Positions 19,427 through 29,866 of a stretch of DNA of 64,000 nucleotides are shown piece after piece; within the stretch, counting starts at the first letter, position 1, and each line of letters opens with the position of its first letter. Origin of the DNA: Deltaproteobacteria bacterium. GTDB lineage: Bacteria > Lernaellota > Lernaellaia > JACKCT01. The stretch lies in the NCBI GenBank assembly GCA_020845895.1, contig JADLEX010000047.1, forward strand, positions 13,073-77,072, in the 5' to 3' direction. The translations under genes and the position numbers were made by a program. The notes below the pieces were generated by a model. The model was not told where the DNA came from and made no database searches. It saw only the letters and a list, made by a program, of their open reading frames with translations.

Positions 19427-20053
19427 GTGCGAATGGTGCGGACGCGGAAAACCGAGGAAGTCGAGTTCACACGGGGGCAATTCGCCCGCGCCTCGCTCAA
19501 GGTTTTTCTGGAAAAGGGCTTTTTCGGCGCGACGATGGAGGAGATCTCGAGGGCGGCCGGGTACTCGACGACCGCCATTTATAAATATTTCCACGCAAAG
19601 GACGAGGTCTTTCACGCCGCGCTCGCGTCGATTTCCCGCGATTTTCTGGAGATTCTCGACGAATCGGTGCCGGCGAGCCTCGATTTTCGGGCGTTTCTGA
19701 CTTGGAAGATGACTCGGGCGCTGGGCAAAGCCGACAAGGATCGGGACGTCTTCATCGGCTTCATGACGCAGATCGCGATGGGTCCGTGGCATACGGCCAC
19801 GCACGAAAATATCCGCGAGGCGCACATGGAATTCATGCGGCGGTTCGAGGACTACATGCGGCGCGGGATCGCCGAGGGGGCGCTGGCGCCCGGCGATCCG
19901 TCGATCTATGCGTCGGCGCTCGACGGGCTCACGCACGCGTTTATCGAGCGTTGGCTGTTCGCGGGGGCGAACTACGCCCTGACGGACCACGTGGAGACCA
20001 TCATCGAGCTGTTCCTGAACGGGGTCGGCGCGAGGGGCGGTGTGGCATCATGA
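19427..20053 (+). CDS. TetR-family transcriptional regulator
   Basis: HTH block ATMEEISRAAGYSTTAIYKYFHAKDEVF. Confidence 0.8.
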   Translation: MRMVRTRKTEEVEFTRGQFARASLKVFLEKGFFGATMEEISRAAGYSTTAIYKYFHAKDEVFHAALASISRDFLEILDESVPASLDFRAFLTWKMTRALGKADKDRDVFIGFMTQIAMGPWHTATHENIREAHMEFMRRFEDYMRRGIAEGALAPGDPSIYASALDGLTHAFIERWLFAGANYALTDHVETIIELFLNGVGARGGVAS

Positions 20054-20184
20054 CTCCGATTCTTGCCGGGTTTTCCTCGAACTTTTCGTCTCATGACGCG
20101 TGGTTTCCATTGACATTTCAAGATCTTCATGGACAATGTGACCACCTGACCGCGGCGGTCAACGGTTTCCATGATGGGTCGCTC

Positions 20185-20766
20185 ATGAGCAACAAGGAAG
20201 AACGGATTCTCGAGGCCGCCGGCCGGCTTTTCAGCCGCTACGGGCTCAAGAAGACGACGGTCGACGAAATCGCCCAGGAAGCGGGGGTCGGCAAGGGCAC
20301 GATCTACCTGTATTTCGAGAGCAAGGAAAAGATCTTCACCAAGCTCGCTTATCAGAACGCCGGCCGGGTGCTGCACAAGATGGCGGACGCGGTGGGCGGG
20401 GCGACGAGCGTCGTCGACCAACTCTATAATCTGATTTTGGCGCGTTTTCGATATGTTGATGAACTCGTGAAGTATCATGATGTGAACCTGGAGTACGTGA
20501 CAAAGGAGCTGAAACCCAGCACGGCCGAGGTCACGGCCGAGTTTCGCAAGCACGAGCTGGAACTGCTGGAACGCGTCATTCGCGACGGCGTCCGCGGCGG
20601 CGAGCTCGAAGTCTCGGAACGAGAAATCCCGGTCGTGAGCCTGGCCCTGTCGGCGAGCCTCGAAGCCCTGGAAATGCCCTGGGTCGTCGAGGGGCGCGAG
20701 CTCCCCATCGAGCGCAAAGCCGAAGTGCTCGTGCGTTTGTTCATTAAAGGACTGCAGAGAACCTGA
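20185..20766 (+). CDS. TetR-family transcriptional regulator (second, tandem)
   Basis: start MSNKEERILEAAGRLFSRYGLKKTTVDEIAQEAGVGKGTIYLYFESKEKIF; upstream part of ORF 19702.. is in GC-shadow. Confidence 0.8.
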   Translation: MSNKEERILEAAGRLFSRYGLKKTTVDEIAQEAGVGKGTIYLYFESKEKIFTKLAYQNAGRVLHKMADAVGGATSVVDQLYNLILARFRYVDELVKYHDVNLEYVTKELKPSTAEVTAEFRKHELELLERVIRDGVRGGELEVSEREIPVVSLALSASLEALEMPWVVEGRELPIERKAEVLVRLFIKGLQRT

Positions 20767-20810
20767 TTCTTCAGCTCCGCGGTTTTCCGGCGACCGGACT
20801 TGCCGGTCGT

Positions 20811-22256
20811 GTGACGGAGGTGTCCGCCGTGCGTGAGCGCGCCCGTGCGTCTTTTTCCCGGTTTCTGACGGTCGTTCTGATCGTCACAGCGTTCGGTTGG
20901 GCCGACCCCGCCATCGCGCAGAACGCCCCGGCGGCGGCGACCGACGAGGCCAAACTCGGCGCGCTGACGCTCGCCGAAGCGATCAAATTGGCCGTCGCGA
21001 ATGGCGAGTCCGCCAAGATCGCCGAAGCGAACACCGAGGCTGCGCGGCTCACGGTGCGCGAGAGCGAGGCCGGCGCGTATCCGCAGGTCACCGGTATCGT
21101 CGGCTACACCTACAACATCAACCAGCCCAAGCAGGAGATGGAGTTCGCCGAGGCGTTCAATCCGCTGATGCAGGCCATGGGCCTGCCGCCGATGGAGAAC
21201 CCCGAGATCCCGCTTGTGTACCGTCACGACTGGGCGATGACGCTCGACGTGCAGCAGACGCTCGCCGTCGGACGCGTGTCGAAGGCGATCCGCCTCGCGA
21301 AGATGTACGAGGAGTCGAGCCGCCTCGGCGCGGACGTGACGAATCGCGACACCGCGCTCGAAACCGCGCGGGCGTATTACGACGTGGTGCTCGCCGAGGA
21401 ATTTCTGAAAGTCTCGCAGATGTTCCTCACGCTTTCGCAAAACCACCACGACGACACGAAGCGCAAGTACGAGGCGGGACTCAAGAGCGAGTTCGACCTG
21501 CTTCAGGCGCAGGCCGATCTCGCCGCCGCCGCGCCGAACGTGACCGACATGCAACAACGCGTCGCCCTCGCCAAGAAAAATCTGCTGCGTCTGGTGGGCA
21601 TGCCGCTCGATCGCGAAGTCACTTGCGCCGAGAGCTTTTCGGAGGAAACGGTTCAGACGGCGACCGACGCATGGCGCGAGGAGGCGTTCTCCGAGCGCGA
21701 GGAACTGCGCATGTTGACCCTCGGTCGGCAGATGAAGCGCACTGAGAGCAATTTGTACTTCTCGAACATGCTTCCCGCGTTTTCCGCGAACATGGCGTAC
21801 ACCTACGCGGGACAGAGCATCACGGAAGAAAACGATTTCTGGCCCGTCGAGGATGACTGGAACACGTTCTGGTCGGTGGGCATCCAGATGCAGTGGCCGA
21901 TCTTCGACGGCCTGGGCAACTGGCAACGCGGTCGCCGCGCGCGCGTCGAGGAGCGCATCGCCGCTCTCAACGCCGCCCGCACGGCGAAAGGCATCGATCT
22001 GGAGATCGAACAGGTTTCGACGACGTTGCGCACCGCCGGAGAAAAGCTCGCCGCGCGCAAGGAGGCGATGCAGGTCGCCGACCGCGCCTTCCATCTGGCG
22101 AGCGTGCGTTACGAAAACGGCCTCGGCACCGCGCTCGAAAAGATGGACGCCAAGGCCGTGTGGACGCAGGCCCGCGTCGCATACCTGCAAACGCTCTACG
22201 AACTGAACGTTGCGCGCTACCAGCTCGCGCACGCGCTCGGAAAGGAAACGTGGTGA
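20811..22256 (+). CDS. TolC-family outer membrane efflux protein
   Basis: signal peptide, two tandem helical/beta-barrel repeats with Q/A/L-rich coiled segments; first gene of efflux operon; exact start uncertain (GTG 20829 alternative). Confidence 0.8.
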   Translation: MTEVSAVRERARASFSRFLTVVLIVTAFGWADPAIAQNAPAAATDEAKLGALTLAEAIKLAVANGESAKIAEANTEAARLTVRESEAGAYPQVTGIVGYTYNINQPKQEMEFAEAFNPLMQAMGLPPMENPEIPLVYRHDWAMTLDVQQTLAVGRVSKAIRLAKMYEESSRLGADVTNRDTALETARAYYDVVLAEEFLKVSQMFLTLSQNHHDDTKRKYEAGLKSEFDLLQAQADLAAAAPNVTDMQQRVALAKKNLLRLVGMPLDREVTCAESFSEETVQTATDAWREEAFSEREELRMLTLGRQMKRTESNLYFSNMLPAFSANMAYTYAGQSITEENDFWPVEDDWNTFWSVGIQMQWPIFDGLGNWQRGRRARVEERIAALNAARTAKGIDLEIEQVSTTLRTAGEKLAARKEAMQVADRAFHLASVRYENGLGTALEKMDAKAVWTQARVAYLQTLYELNVARYQLAHALGKETW

Positions 22257-22257
22257 G

Positions 22258-23382
22258 ATGAAACGCAGCGTGCTTCTCGTCGTGGGGATCGGCGTCGCGG
22301 CCGCGGCGCTCGTGGGATACCGCTTCGCCAAGGGCAAGCCCGTTCCGCAAAAAAGCATCGAAGAGATCCAGAAGGAGCAGGGCGTACCCGTTGAGGCGCT
22401 GCCGGTCGAGGCCGGACGCTTCGAACGCTGGCGTCGCTTTTCGGGCGAAATGCAGGGCAAGGAACAGGCCGTGCTGTACGCCAACGCACCGGCGCGCGTG
22501 TCAAAAGTCGCCGCCGCGCAGGGCGACACGGTCGGACGCGGGCGCGTCATCATCCGTCTCGATCCGCTCTCGGCGACGCAGTCGTATTCGTCGATTTCCG
22601 CGGCGCGCATCCAGGCCGACGACGCGAAGCGGTTTTACGAGCGCCTCGCGCCGCTCCACGAAGCGGGTGCGGTGGCCAAGGAAGACTTCGACCGCGCGAA
22701 AAGCGCTTACGACATGGCGCGCGCGGCGCTGACCGATGCCAGCGGGTCGATGACGCTCTCGTCGCCGATCAAGGGAACCCTCACCGACGTGCGCGTGCGC
22801 GAGGGCGACCGCGTCGATCCGCTCCAGACGCTCGCGGTGGTCGCCGACCTCTCCGGCGCGAAATTCGTCGCGGATGTCGCGCAGGGCGACGTGGAGGAAC
22901 TGCGAACCGGTCAGACCGTCGCCGTGTGCGACGACGGCGTGGCGATCGCCGACTGCAACGTGCGCGGGACGATTTCGCGCGTGAGCTTGTCCGCCGATGC
23001 GTCGTCGCGGCTGTTCCGCGTCGAGGCCGAGTTGCCGTCGATGGAGAGCCCGCGCCTCGGCACCATGCGTTACGCGCGGGTGCTCGTGTACGAAAAAGAC
23101 GGCGCGCTGGCGGTGCCGATCGAGTCGGTCATCACCCGCGGGGGAAAGACGAGCGTCTTCGTGGTCGAGGGCGACATCGCGAAGCGGCGCGAGGTGACCA
23201 TCGGCAAAAACGACGAGCGGCGCGTCGAGATCGTGGCCGGTCTGTCGCCGGGCGAACGCGTGGTGGTGTGGGGCGCAAACCGCATCGCCGACGGCGCGAA
23301 GGTGAAGGTCGTCCCGGCGGCGGGCGAGGCCGCGCCGGTCGCGAGTGCCGAAGCGACCCCCGAAGCCCCCGCCGCGAACTGA
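22258..23382 (+). CDS. efflux RND transporter periplasmic adaptor (HlyD/MFP family)
   Basis: N-terminal TM anchor MKRSVLLVVGIGVAAAALVG; lipoyl and beta-barrel segments; ATG at 22258 overlaps TolC stop. Confidence 0.85.
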   Translation: MKRSVLLVVGIGVAAAALVGYRFAKGKPVPQKSIEEIQKEQGVPVEALPVEAGRFERWRRFSGEMQGKEQAVLYANAPARVSKVAAAQGDTVGRGRVIIRLDPLSATQSYSSISAARIQADDAKRFYERLAPLHEAGAVAKEDFDRAKSAYDMARAALTDASGSMTLSSPIKGTLTDVRVREGDRVDPLQTLAVVADLSGAKFVADVAQGDVEELRTGQTVAVCDDGVAIADCNVRGTISRVSLSADASSRLFRVEAELPSMESPRLGTMRYARVLVYEKDGALAVPIESVITRGGKTSVFVVEGDIAKRREVTIGKNDERRVEIVAGLSPGERVVVWGANRIADGAKVKVVPAAGEAAPVASAEATPEAPAAN

Positions 23383-23391
23383 GGACACGCC

Positions 23392-26300
23392 ATGTCGCTC
23401 ATCAGCACCTCCGTCGACCGCCCGGTGCTCACCACGATGGTGGTGGGATCGCTGATCGTGTTCGGTCTGTTCTCGTTCACGCAGCTCTCGCAGGATCTCG
23501 TGCCCAAGGTCGAGTTTCCCTTCGTCGTCGTCACCACGATCTACCCCGGCGCGGGCCCGAAGGAGATCGAGAGCCAGGTCACGGAGAAGCTGGAGGACGA
23601 GGTCGGCTCGGTGGCCGGGCTCAAGCGAATGGAGTCGCAGAGTCTCGAAAGCCTCTCGCTTGTCCTTCTGGAATTCGAACTCGACGTGGATGCGGATCTC
23701 GCCGCGATCGAGGTGAAGGACAAGGTCGATCTGGCGATGATCAACCTGCCCGACGATGTGCAGCCGCCCATCGTGCAGCAGTACAGCTTCGACAGCTTTC
23801 CCGTGCTCAACGTCGCGGTCTATTCCGACCGACCGCTGCCCGAGATCACGCAGCTCGCCGACACGCGCGTCAAGGATGCGGTCTCGCGCGTGGACGGCGT
23901 GAGCAAGGTCGACCTGATCGGCGGTCTGCAACGCGAAATCCACGTGGCGTGCCGCGCCGATCGGCTGCGAGCCTACGGCCTGTCGATCATGGAAGTCGTC
24001 GGATTGATCCAGGCGGAGAATTTCAACTTCCCCACGGGCCGCATCATCGGTTCGGCCAGCGAGTATTCGTTGCGCATGGTCGGCGAGATGAACGACCTCG
24101 AACGGCTGAAGGGGATGCGCATACCGGTCGCGGACGGGGCGACGATCCGCCTGCGCGACGTGGCCGACGTGACCGACGCGTGGGAGGAACCCCGTGCCGA
24201 GGCGCGTTTCCAGGGCAAACCCGCCGTGTCGCTTCAGGTGATGAAAAAGAACGACGCCAACTCGGTCGAGGTCAGCGCCGGCGTGCACGATGCGGTGGCG
24301 AAGCTCGCGCCGTGGATCGCGCAGGAGAACCTGATCGTCGAGATCATCAACGACCGGGCGAAGTACATCGAGGACTCGGTCGCCGACGTGACGGGCAATA
24401 TCTGGGTCGGCGTGATCCTCACCTCGATCCTGCTCTACCTGTTCCTGCACGACTACCGGCAGACGTTCATCGTCGCCGCGGTCATGCCCGGCAGCGTCGT
24501 GGCCACCTTCGCGCTCATGAACTTCGCGGGGTTCACGCTCAACATCATCTCCCTAATGGCGCTCGGCATCAGCGTGGGCACCATCGTCACCAACTCCATC
24601 GTCGTGCTCGAAAACATCACCACCAAACTGCACGCCGGTCTCGACAGCCGCGAGGCGGCCATCGAGGGCACGTCCGAGGTGGCGGTCGCCGTCGCGGCGA
24701 GCACCCTGACGAACATCGTCGTCTTCACGCCCATCGCCTTCATGAAGGGCATCATCGGCCAGTTCTTTTACCAGTTCGGCCTCACGGTCGTGTTCGCCAC
24801 GATCGTGTCGCTCATCATTTCCTTCACGCTCGTGCCGATGCTCGCGCGGCTCGTGCTCGCGCGCCCCAAGGGGCATCTCACGCACCACGACAACCGAAAT
24901 CCCACGATTCTGGAACGCTTCGCGAAAGCGTGGGACCGCTTCTACGACGAACTTGCGAGCGACTACGCCGCGTCGCTGCGCGCGGCGCTCAAAAAAAGAT
25001 GGCTGGTGGTGGTGGTCTCGGTGCTGTCGCTCGCCGGCGGTTGCGGACTGCTGACGCAGGTGGGTGCGGAGTTTTTCCCGGAGGGCGACGAGGGCATTTT
25101 TCGGATCATCGCCAAGCTACCGCCGGGTACGAGCCTCGCGCAGACCGACCGCACGCTGCGCGACATCGAAAGTCGCCTGACCGGCGTCGCCGAATTGAAG
25201 TCCATGCTGTCCGAGGTGGGCGGCGCGGGAAAGGGCGTCGAGGACGGACAGGTCACCGTACAGCTCGTCGATCACGAGCTGCGCGAACGCACCGTGGCGC
25301 AGGTGATGGACGAGATCCGCCCGCGCCTCGTCGATATCCCGGCGGCGGAAATCCAGCTCGTGGTGGGCGACGGCGGCGGCGGACCGGGCCAGGGTGTGCA
25401 GGTCGAGGTCACCGGACCCGAGCTCGCCGAGGTCAATCGCATCGCCGGCGAGGTGTTGACGCTCGCGCGCGGCGTGCCGGGCATCATCGACCTTCGTTCC
25501 ACGTACGAAGCCGGCAAGCCGGAGCTGTCCTTCACCCCCGACCGGCAGCAACTCGCGTCGTACGGCATCACCTCACAGCAAGTGGCGTACGCGCTGCGAA
25601 CCGCCTTCGAGGGACAGGAGGTCACGTACTTTCGCGAGCACGGCGAGGACTACGACATCCGCGTGCTGCTCGACAAGACGGAGCGGGCCGACGTCACCGC
25701 GTTCGGAGACGTGCTGATTCGTGCGGGCGACCACCAGGTTCCGCTGGGCCAACTCGGCGAGATCCGCTACACGCAGGCCGAAACGAAGATCGAGCGCAAG
25801 GATAAACAGCGCATCGTGAAGGTGCTGGGCAACGTGTCGGGCATCACCACGGGCGAGGCGGTCGACGCGCTCCAACCGATCCTCGACAAGAACATTCGCG
25901 TGCCGGAGAGCTACGACATTCACTTCGGCGGCGAGGCCGAGAGCATGGCCGAGGAATTCGGCTATATCTTCCAGGCCCTGATTCTCGCCATCATCCTGAC
26001 GTATATGCTGCTCGCGGCGATTCTCGAGGACTTCGTCCACCCCTTCACCATCATGCTCACGTTGCCGCTCGGCATGATCGGCGTGGCGATGGCGCTGTTC
26101 ATCGGCGGCGTGTCGATCAACATGATGAGCCTGATGGGCATCGTCATGCTCGTCGGCATCGTCGTGAACAATGCGATCCTGATCCTCGATTACGTGCGCG
26201 TGCTGCGCGAACAGGGCATGCCGATCGGCGAAGCGCTCATCGAGGCGTCGGCGTCCCGGCTTCGCCCCATCATCATGATGAATCTCGCGATCGCGCTGTC

Positions 26301-26472
26301 GGTGCTTCCGCAGACGCTTTCCGGCGCGGGCGCGGAGTTCCGGCGTGCGCTGGCCGTTGTCACGATGGGCGGCGTGCTCGTCAGTGCGATCTTCACGCTC
26401 TTTCTGGTCCCCGCGATCTACACGGCCTTCGACCGCTTCGCGATCAAGCCGAAGGTCAAGTCGGGGGCGTAG
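23392..26472 (+). CDS. RND efflux permease (AcrB/HAE1-type), 12 TM
   Basis: 1026 aa; characteristic two large periplasmic loops and conserved TM4/TM10 segments. Confidence 0.9.
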   Translation: MSLISTSVDRPVLTTMVVGSLIVFGLFSFTQLSQDLVPKVEFPFVVVTTIYPGAGPKEIESQVTEKLEDEVGSVAGLKRMESQSLESLSLVLLEFELDVDADLAAIEVKDKVDLAMINLPDDVQPPIVQQYSFDSFPVLNVAVYSDRPLPEITQLADTRVKDAVSRVDGVSKVDLIGGLQREIHVACRADRLRAYGLSIMEVVGLIQAENFNFPTGRIIGSASEYSLRMVGEMNDLERLKGMRIPVADGATIRLRDVADVTDAWEEPRAEARFQGKPAVSLQVMKKNDANSVEVSAGVHDAVAKLAPWIAQENLIVEIINDRAKYIEDSVADVTGNIWVGVILTSILLYLFLHDYRQTFIVAAVMPGSVVATFALMNFAGFTLNIISLMALGISVGTIVTNSIVVLENITTKLHAGLDSREAAIEGTSEVAVAVAASTLTNIVVFTPIAFMKGIIGQFFYQFGLTVVFATIVSLIISFTLVPMLARLVLARPKGHLTHHDNRNPTILERFAKAWDRFYDELASDYAASLRAALKKRWLVVVVSVLSLAGGCGLLTQVGAEFFPEGDEGIFRIIAKLPPGTSLAQTDRTLRDIESRLTGVAELKSMLSEVGGAGKGVEDGQVTVQLVDHELRERTVAQVMDEIRPRLVDIPAAEIQLVVGDGGGGPGQGVQVEVTGPELAEVNRIAGEVLTLARGVPGIIDLRSTYEAGKPELSFTPDRQQLASYGITSQQVAYALRTAFEGQEVTYFREHGEDYDIRVLLDKTERADVTAFGDVLIRAGDHQVPLGQLGEIRYTQAETKIERKDKQRIVKVLGNVSGITTGEAVDALQPILDKNIRVPESYDIHFGGEAESMAEEFGYIFQALILAIILTYMLLAAILEDFVHPFTIMLTLPLGMIGVAMALFIGGVSINMMSLMGIVMLVGIVVNNAILILDYVRVLREQGMPIGEALIEASASRLRPIIMMNLAIALSVLPQTLSGAGAEFRRALAVVTMGGVLVSAIFTLFLVPAIYTAFDRFAIKPKVKSGA

Positions 26473-26519
26473 GCGGCGTCTCGAGGCGATGACTCCGATG
26501 GATTGCTGACAAAAGCTTC

Positions 26520-26560
26520 AACGCGCCGCGTCGTGACCCTTCTCGCGCGGCGCGTTTCTT
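26520..26560 (+). terminator. rho-independent terminator after RND operon
   Basis: stem AACGCGCCGCG / CGCGGCGCGTT followed by TCTTCC. Confidence 0.55.
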
Positions 26561-26588
26561 CCTAAAATAATCTGTTTGACGGCGCCGC

Positions 26589-26661
26589 GGGCGGATAGCT
26601 CAGTTGGCAGAGCAGCGGCTTTACACGCCGCGGGTCGCAGGTTCGAGCCCTGTTCCGCCCA
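26589..26661 (+). tRNA. tRNA-Val (anticodon TAC)
   Basis: cloverleaf folded by hand: acceptor GGGCGGA/TCCGCCC, D-arm GCTC-AGTTGGCA-GAGC, anticodon stem GCGGC/GCCGC with loop TTTACAC, T-loop TTCGAGC, discriminator A; CCA not encoded. Confidence 0.85.
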
Positions 26662-26706
26662 TGCACCGCGCGGGCGGATTCGCCGTCGGCGGGGAGGATT
26701 GTTTTC

Positions 26707-27399
26707 ATGCGCGTCGAAGCGTTTCGCACGCGAGTTCTGCGCACCAACACCTACGTCGTTGGGCCCGAGACGGGTCGAGATGTGGCCGTCATCGACCCGG
26801 GCGCGCCAGGGCCCGTGCTGGATTTCGTGCTTCGCGAGAATCTGCGCGTCGTCGCGATCATCAACACGCACGCGCATCTCGACCACGTCTGGGGGAATCA
26901 CCCGCTGGCGGCGGCGACCGGCGCGCCGGTGATGATCCACGCCGACGATGCGGCGAAGGCGACGCGCGCGCATCCGTTGGCGTGGGCGGTGCGCGGCAAG
27001 CGCGCGTGGAGCCCCACCCCCGCGCGGCTGCTCGTGGGCGGCGATGTCATCAGCGTGGGGACGATCGACCTCGAGGTCATCCACACGCCGGGGCACACGC
27101 CGGGCGGCATCTGCCTGAAATACAAGAAGACGCTCTTCACCGGCGACTCGCTCATGGCCGGGGCGATCGGCAATACGGACAAGCCCGAGGACTGGAAGCG
27201 GCTCTCGACGGCGATTCAGGACCACCTCTTTGTCCTCTCGGACGACATCGCGGTGTGGCCCGGCCACGGCCCGCGCACGACCATCGAACGTGAACGCAAA
27301 CTCAACATCTTCGTCCGCCACAGCCCCGAATTGATCGAACGCTGGCTGCTCGATTCGCTGCGCAGACCGCGAAAACGCAAGGACGCCGAAGTCTCGTGA
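26707..27399 (+). CDS. MBL-fold metallo-hydrolase (glyoxalase II-like)
   Basis: THAHLDH metal-binding motif plus downstream His/Asp ligands. Confidence 0.8.
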   Translation: MRVEAFRTRVLRTNTYVVGPETGRDVAVIDPGAPGPVLDFVLRENLRVVAIINTHAHLDHVWGNHPLAAATGAPVMIHADDAAKATRAHPLAWAVRGKRAWSPTPARLLVGGDVISVGTIDLEVIHTPGHTPGGICLKYKKTLFTGDSLMAGAIGNTDKPEDWKRLSTAIQDHLFVLSDDIAVWPGHGPRTTIERERKLNIFVRHSPELIERWLLDSLRRPRKRKDAEVS

Positions 27400-29216
27400 A
27401 AAATTTGAATCCGGAACGGAATCATTCATCGCGGCCGGGACGACGATTGCGCCCCGTTGCCGTTGCGCTGCTGTTCGCCGCGTTTTTTGCGACCGCGTGC
27501 CGGCAGGACCCGGCGGCGCAACTCGTCGGCGACATGTACGGACTGATCGAGGAGTTCTACATCAGCGCCTCGTCGCCCGCGGACCTGACGGCGAATGCAT
27601 TGCAGGGACTGGAGCGCTCGCTCGCGGCGAAAGCGTATCGCGAGAAGCTGGAGAAGGAGAAAGCGGAGAAGGACGCGGCGAAGGAGGCGGGGGAAGCCGC
27701 GCCATCGCCGGAACCTGAGACATCGCCCTCGCCCGCGCCGGCGGAGACGCCGCCCAGTCCCCATGGCCCGAACGCGGACCCGTCGGTCGGCGTGCCCGAA
27801 GAGCCGCCGCCCGAAGGCTCGCTCGACCCCTACGCGTTGCCCGAGGACGAGAACGGCGATCTTCCGCCAGGGCCGCTGCGCGTCGAGATCGACGGCCGTC
27901 GCGCGGTGCTGGCCATCGCGAACGAGACGCTCGCCATCGACATTCCCGAAGACCGCCGCGGCGCGGTGGACGCGTTCCTGCGCGCCTACGTTTTCGTGCG
28001 CGGAAAGCTCGACGACGGCGATCCCGAGGAGGAGCTGTTCAACGACGCGCTCGGCTTCATGACGTTCCGCCTCGATCCGCACTCACAGTACATGGCCGCG
28101 AGCCAATACACGCGACTGCGCGACGAAACGTCGGGGCATTTCGGCGGCGTGGGTATCGAAGTCGGCATGCGCTCCGATCAACTCACCGTCATCGCGCCGA
28201 TCCCGGGCACGCCCGCCGCCAACGCCGGTCTGAAGCCGATGGACCGCATCGTTAAGGTGGACGGCGTCGAAACGCTCGGCCTGTCGCTCAACGAGGCGGT
28301 GGATATGATCCGCGGCGAGATCGGCACGAGCGTCACGCTCACCATGAAGCGCGCCGACGATCCGCCCTTCGAGGTGAAGCTTCTGCGAAGCGACATTCCC
28401 GTGAACACGATCAAGGCGGAACGCGTCGAAGGCGACATCGCGTGGATCCGGGTCTATTCGTTCAATCAAAACACCGGCGCGGATCTGCGTAAGGCGCTCG
28501 GGGAATTCGATCGCAAAGCCCCGCCGCTGCGCGGCGTCATTCTCGACATGCGCAACAATCCGGGCGGCCTGCTCGACCAGGCGGTCGAGGTGGCCGACGA
28601 ATTCCTCTCGGCCGGCATCATCGTCAACACCATCGGCCGTGGTCGCCTGCGCGAAACCGAAAAATTCGCGACGATGCCCGGAGCCCGCGGCAACACGCCC
28701 GTCGTCGTGCTCATCAACAGCGTTTCGGCGAGCGGCACCGAAATCGTCGCCGGCGCGTTGCAGGACCACAAACGTGCGCTCATCCTCGGTACGCGCAGCT
28801 TCGGCAAGGGCAGCGTGCAGTCGATCTTCAAGCTTCGCGAGGACGCGGGGCTGCGTCTCACCACCGCGCTCTACTACACCCCCTCGGGCCGGTCGATTCA
28901 GGCGCAGGGCATCGTGCCCGACGTGCTGGTGAAACTCTCGCCCGAAGAAGAGCGCATGCTCGCGATGTACTGGTCCGAATCGGCGCTCTCGGGTCACCTC
29001 AAGAGCCAGGCCACGACCGAGAGCGAGGCCGACGTGGTGTGCGAGGCCGAGAAAATGCGCGCGCACTACCTCAAGACGGGCGCCATCGTCGAGGACGAGA
29101 ACTTTCCCGAAAAAAGCGACTGGCTGCTCGTCTTCGCCCGCGAAATTCTCGACGGCGACGACCGGTCGATCCCGGCCATGACCGAGCGCGCACGCGGGAT
29201 CGTGAACGGACTTTAA
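27396..29216 (+). CDS. ctpA: S41-family carboxyl-terminal processing protease with PDZ domain
   Basis: PDZ block GIEVG...GTPAANAGLKPMDRIVKVDG; S41 catalytic region VILDMRNNPGGLL...SASGTEIVAGALQD...SFGKGSVQ. Confidence 0.85.
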   Translation: MKNLNPERNHSSRPGRRLRPVAVALLFAAFFATACRQDPAAQLVGDMYGLIEEFYISASSPADLTANALQGLERSLAAKAYREKLEKEKAEKDAAKEAGEAAPSPEPETSPSPAPAETPPSPHGPNADPSVGVPEEPPPEGSLDPYALPEDENGDLPPGPLRVEIDGRRAVLAIANETLAIDIPEDRRGAVDAFLRAYVFVRGKLDDGDPEEELFNDALGFMTFRLDPHSQYMAASQYTRLRDETSGHFGGVGIEVGMRSDQLTVIAPIPGTPAANAGLKPMDRIVKVDGVETLGLSLNEAVDMIRGEIGTSVTLTMKRADDPPFEVKLLRSDIPVNTIKAERVEGDIAWIRVYSFNQNTGADLRKALGEFDRKAPPLRGVILDMRNNPGGLLDQAVEVADEFLSAGIIVNTIGRGRLRETEKFATMPGARGNTPVVVLINSVSASGTEIVAGALQDHKRALILGTRSFGKGSVQSIFKLREDAGLRLTTALYYTPSGRSIQAQGIVPDVLVKLSPEEERMLAMYWSESALSGHLKSQATTESEADVVCEAEKMRAHYLKTGAIVEDENFPEKSDWLLVFAREILDGDDRSIPAMTERARGIVNGL

Positions 29217-29308
29217 GGTCCGGCGTTCAGACGCCCCGCCTTCCGGCGCCCCTCGTCCTTGTCACGCCCGCGCGCGCTCCCTAAGATGCCGCGAAACGGG
29301 AGCTTCGG

Positions 29309-29836
29309 GTGCCGCTTCACGATATTCTGCTCATTTCGGCGGTCGCGTCATTCGCGGTATCGATGCTGCTGGTCGCCGTGCGTCTGCTCGCGCCCGACGG
29401 CACGAAACGCATCGTTTATCCCGGCGAGATCGTCGGTCAGGCCGACGAACCGGCGTCGGCGCTGCCGCTCGAAGATCGCTACCGCGAGCTGATCGAGCTG
29501 GGCATGATTCAGCTCGAACCCGAGGAGCACGTCGTGACCGGGTGCGGCATGCGTGGCGAGATCGAGGAGATCCTGATCGTCACGAACCGACGCGCGTTCA
29601 TCCTGAATCGTCGATCCGGTGCGACGTTCTTCGCCAAGCACACGTTCAACATCGAAGATCTCAAGCCCGTGCCGTCGTCCGCGGGTCTGGTCGGCAACAA
29701 GATGATCCTGACCGACGGCGCGCAGACCCGCGCGATCGACTCGCCGGGGTCCGGCGGTTATCTGGCCGATGCGCAGGTGGTGGTGCGCGAACTCAACAGC
29801 CGCATTCGCGCGGCGAAACACGGCGTGACGCTGTAA
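29309..29836 (+). CDS. hypothetical membrane-anchored protein (possible bacterial PH-like domain)
   Basis: N-terminal TM helix; no confident family. Confidence 0.45.
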   Translation: MPLHDILLISAVASFAVSMLLVAVRLLAPDGTKRIVYPGEIVGQADEPASALPLEDRYRELIELGMIQLEPEEHVVTGCGMRGEIEEILIVTNRRAFILNRRSGATFFAKHTFNIEDLKPVPSSAGLVGNKMILTDGAQTRAIDSPGSGGYLADAQVVVRELNSRIRAAKHGVTL

Positions 29837-29866
29837 CGCGCGCCGCGCGAACACTCGTGGGGTGAA

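Noticed and set aside
22501-25805. Long overlapping ORFs (22501-24450 minus; 22926-25805 plus, 959 aa) inside the MFP/RND genes
   Set aside because: Extreme Arg/Gly/Ala composition, no domain signatures; the in-frame RND and MFP proteins have unmistakable family features, so these are GC-driven alternate-frame artefacts. Same reasoning applied to 1946-3718(-), 7350-8981(+), 9787-11163(+), 46189-48183 upstream part, 47337-49276(+) and similar.
26604-27293. 229-aa ORF overlapping tRNA-Val and the MBL hydrolase gene
   Set aside because: Overlaps a hand-folded tRNA and lies out of frame with a well-supported MBL-fold gene; no features.
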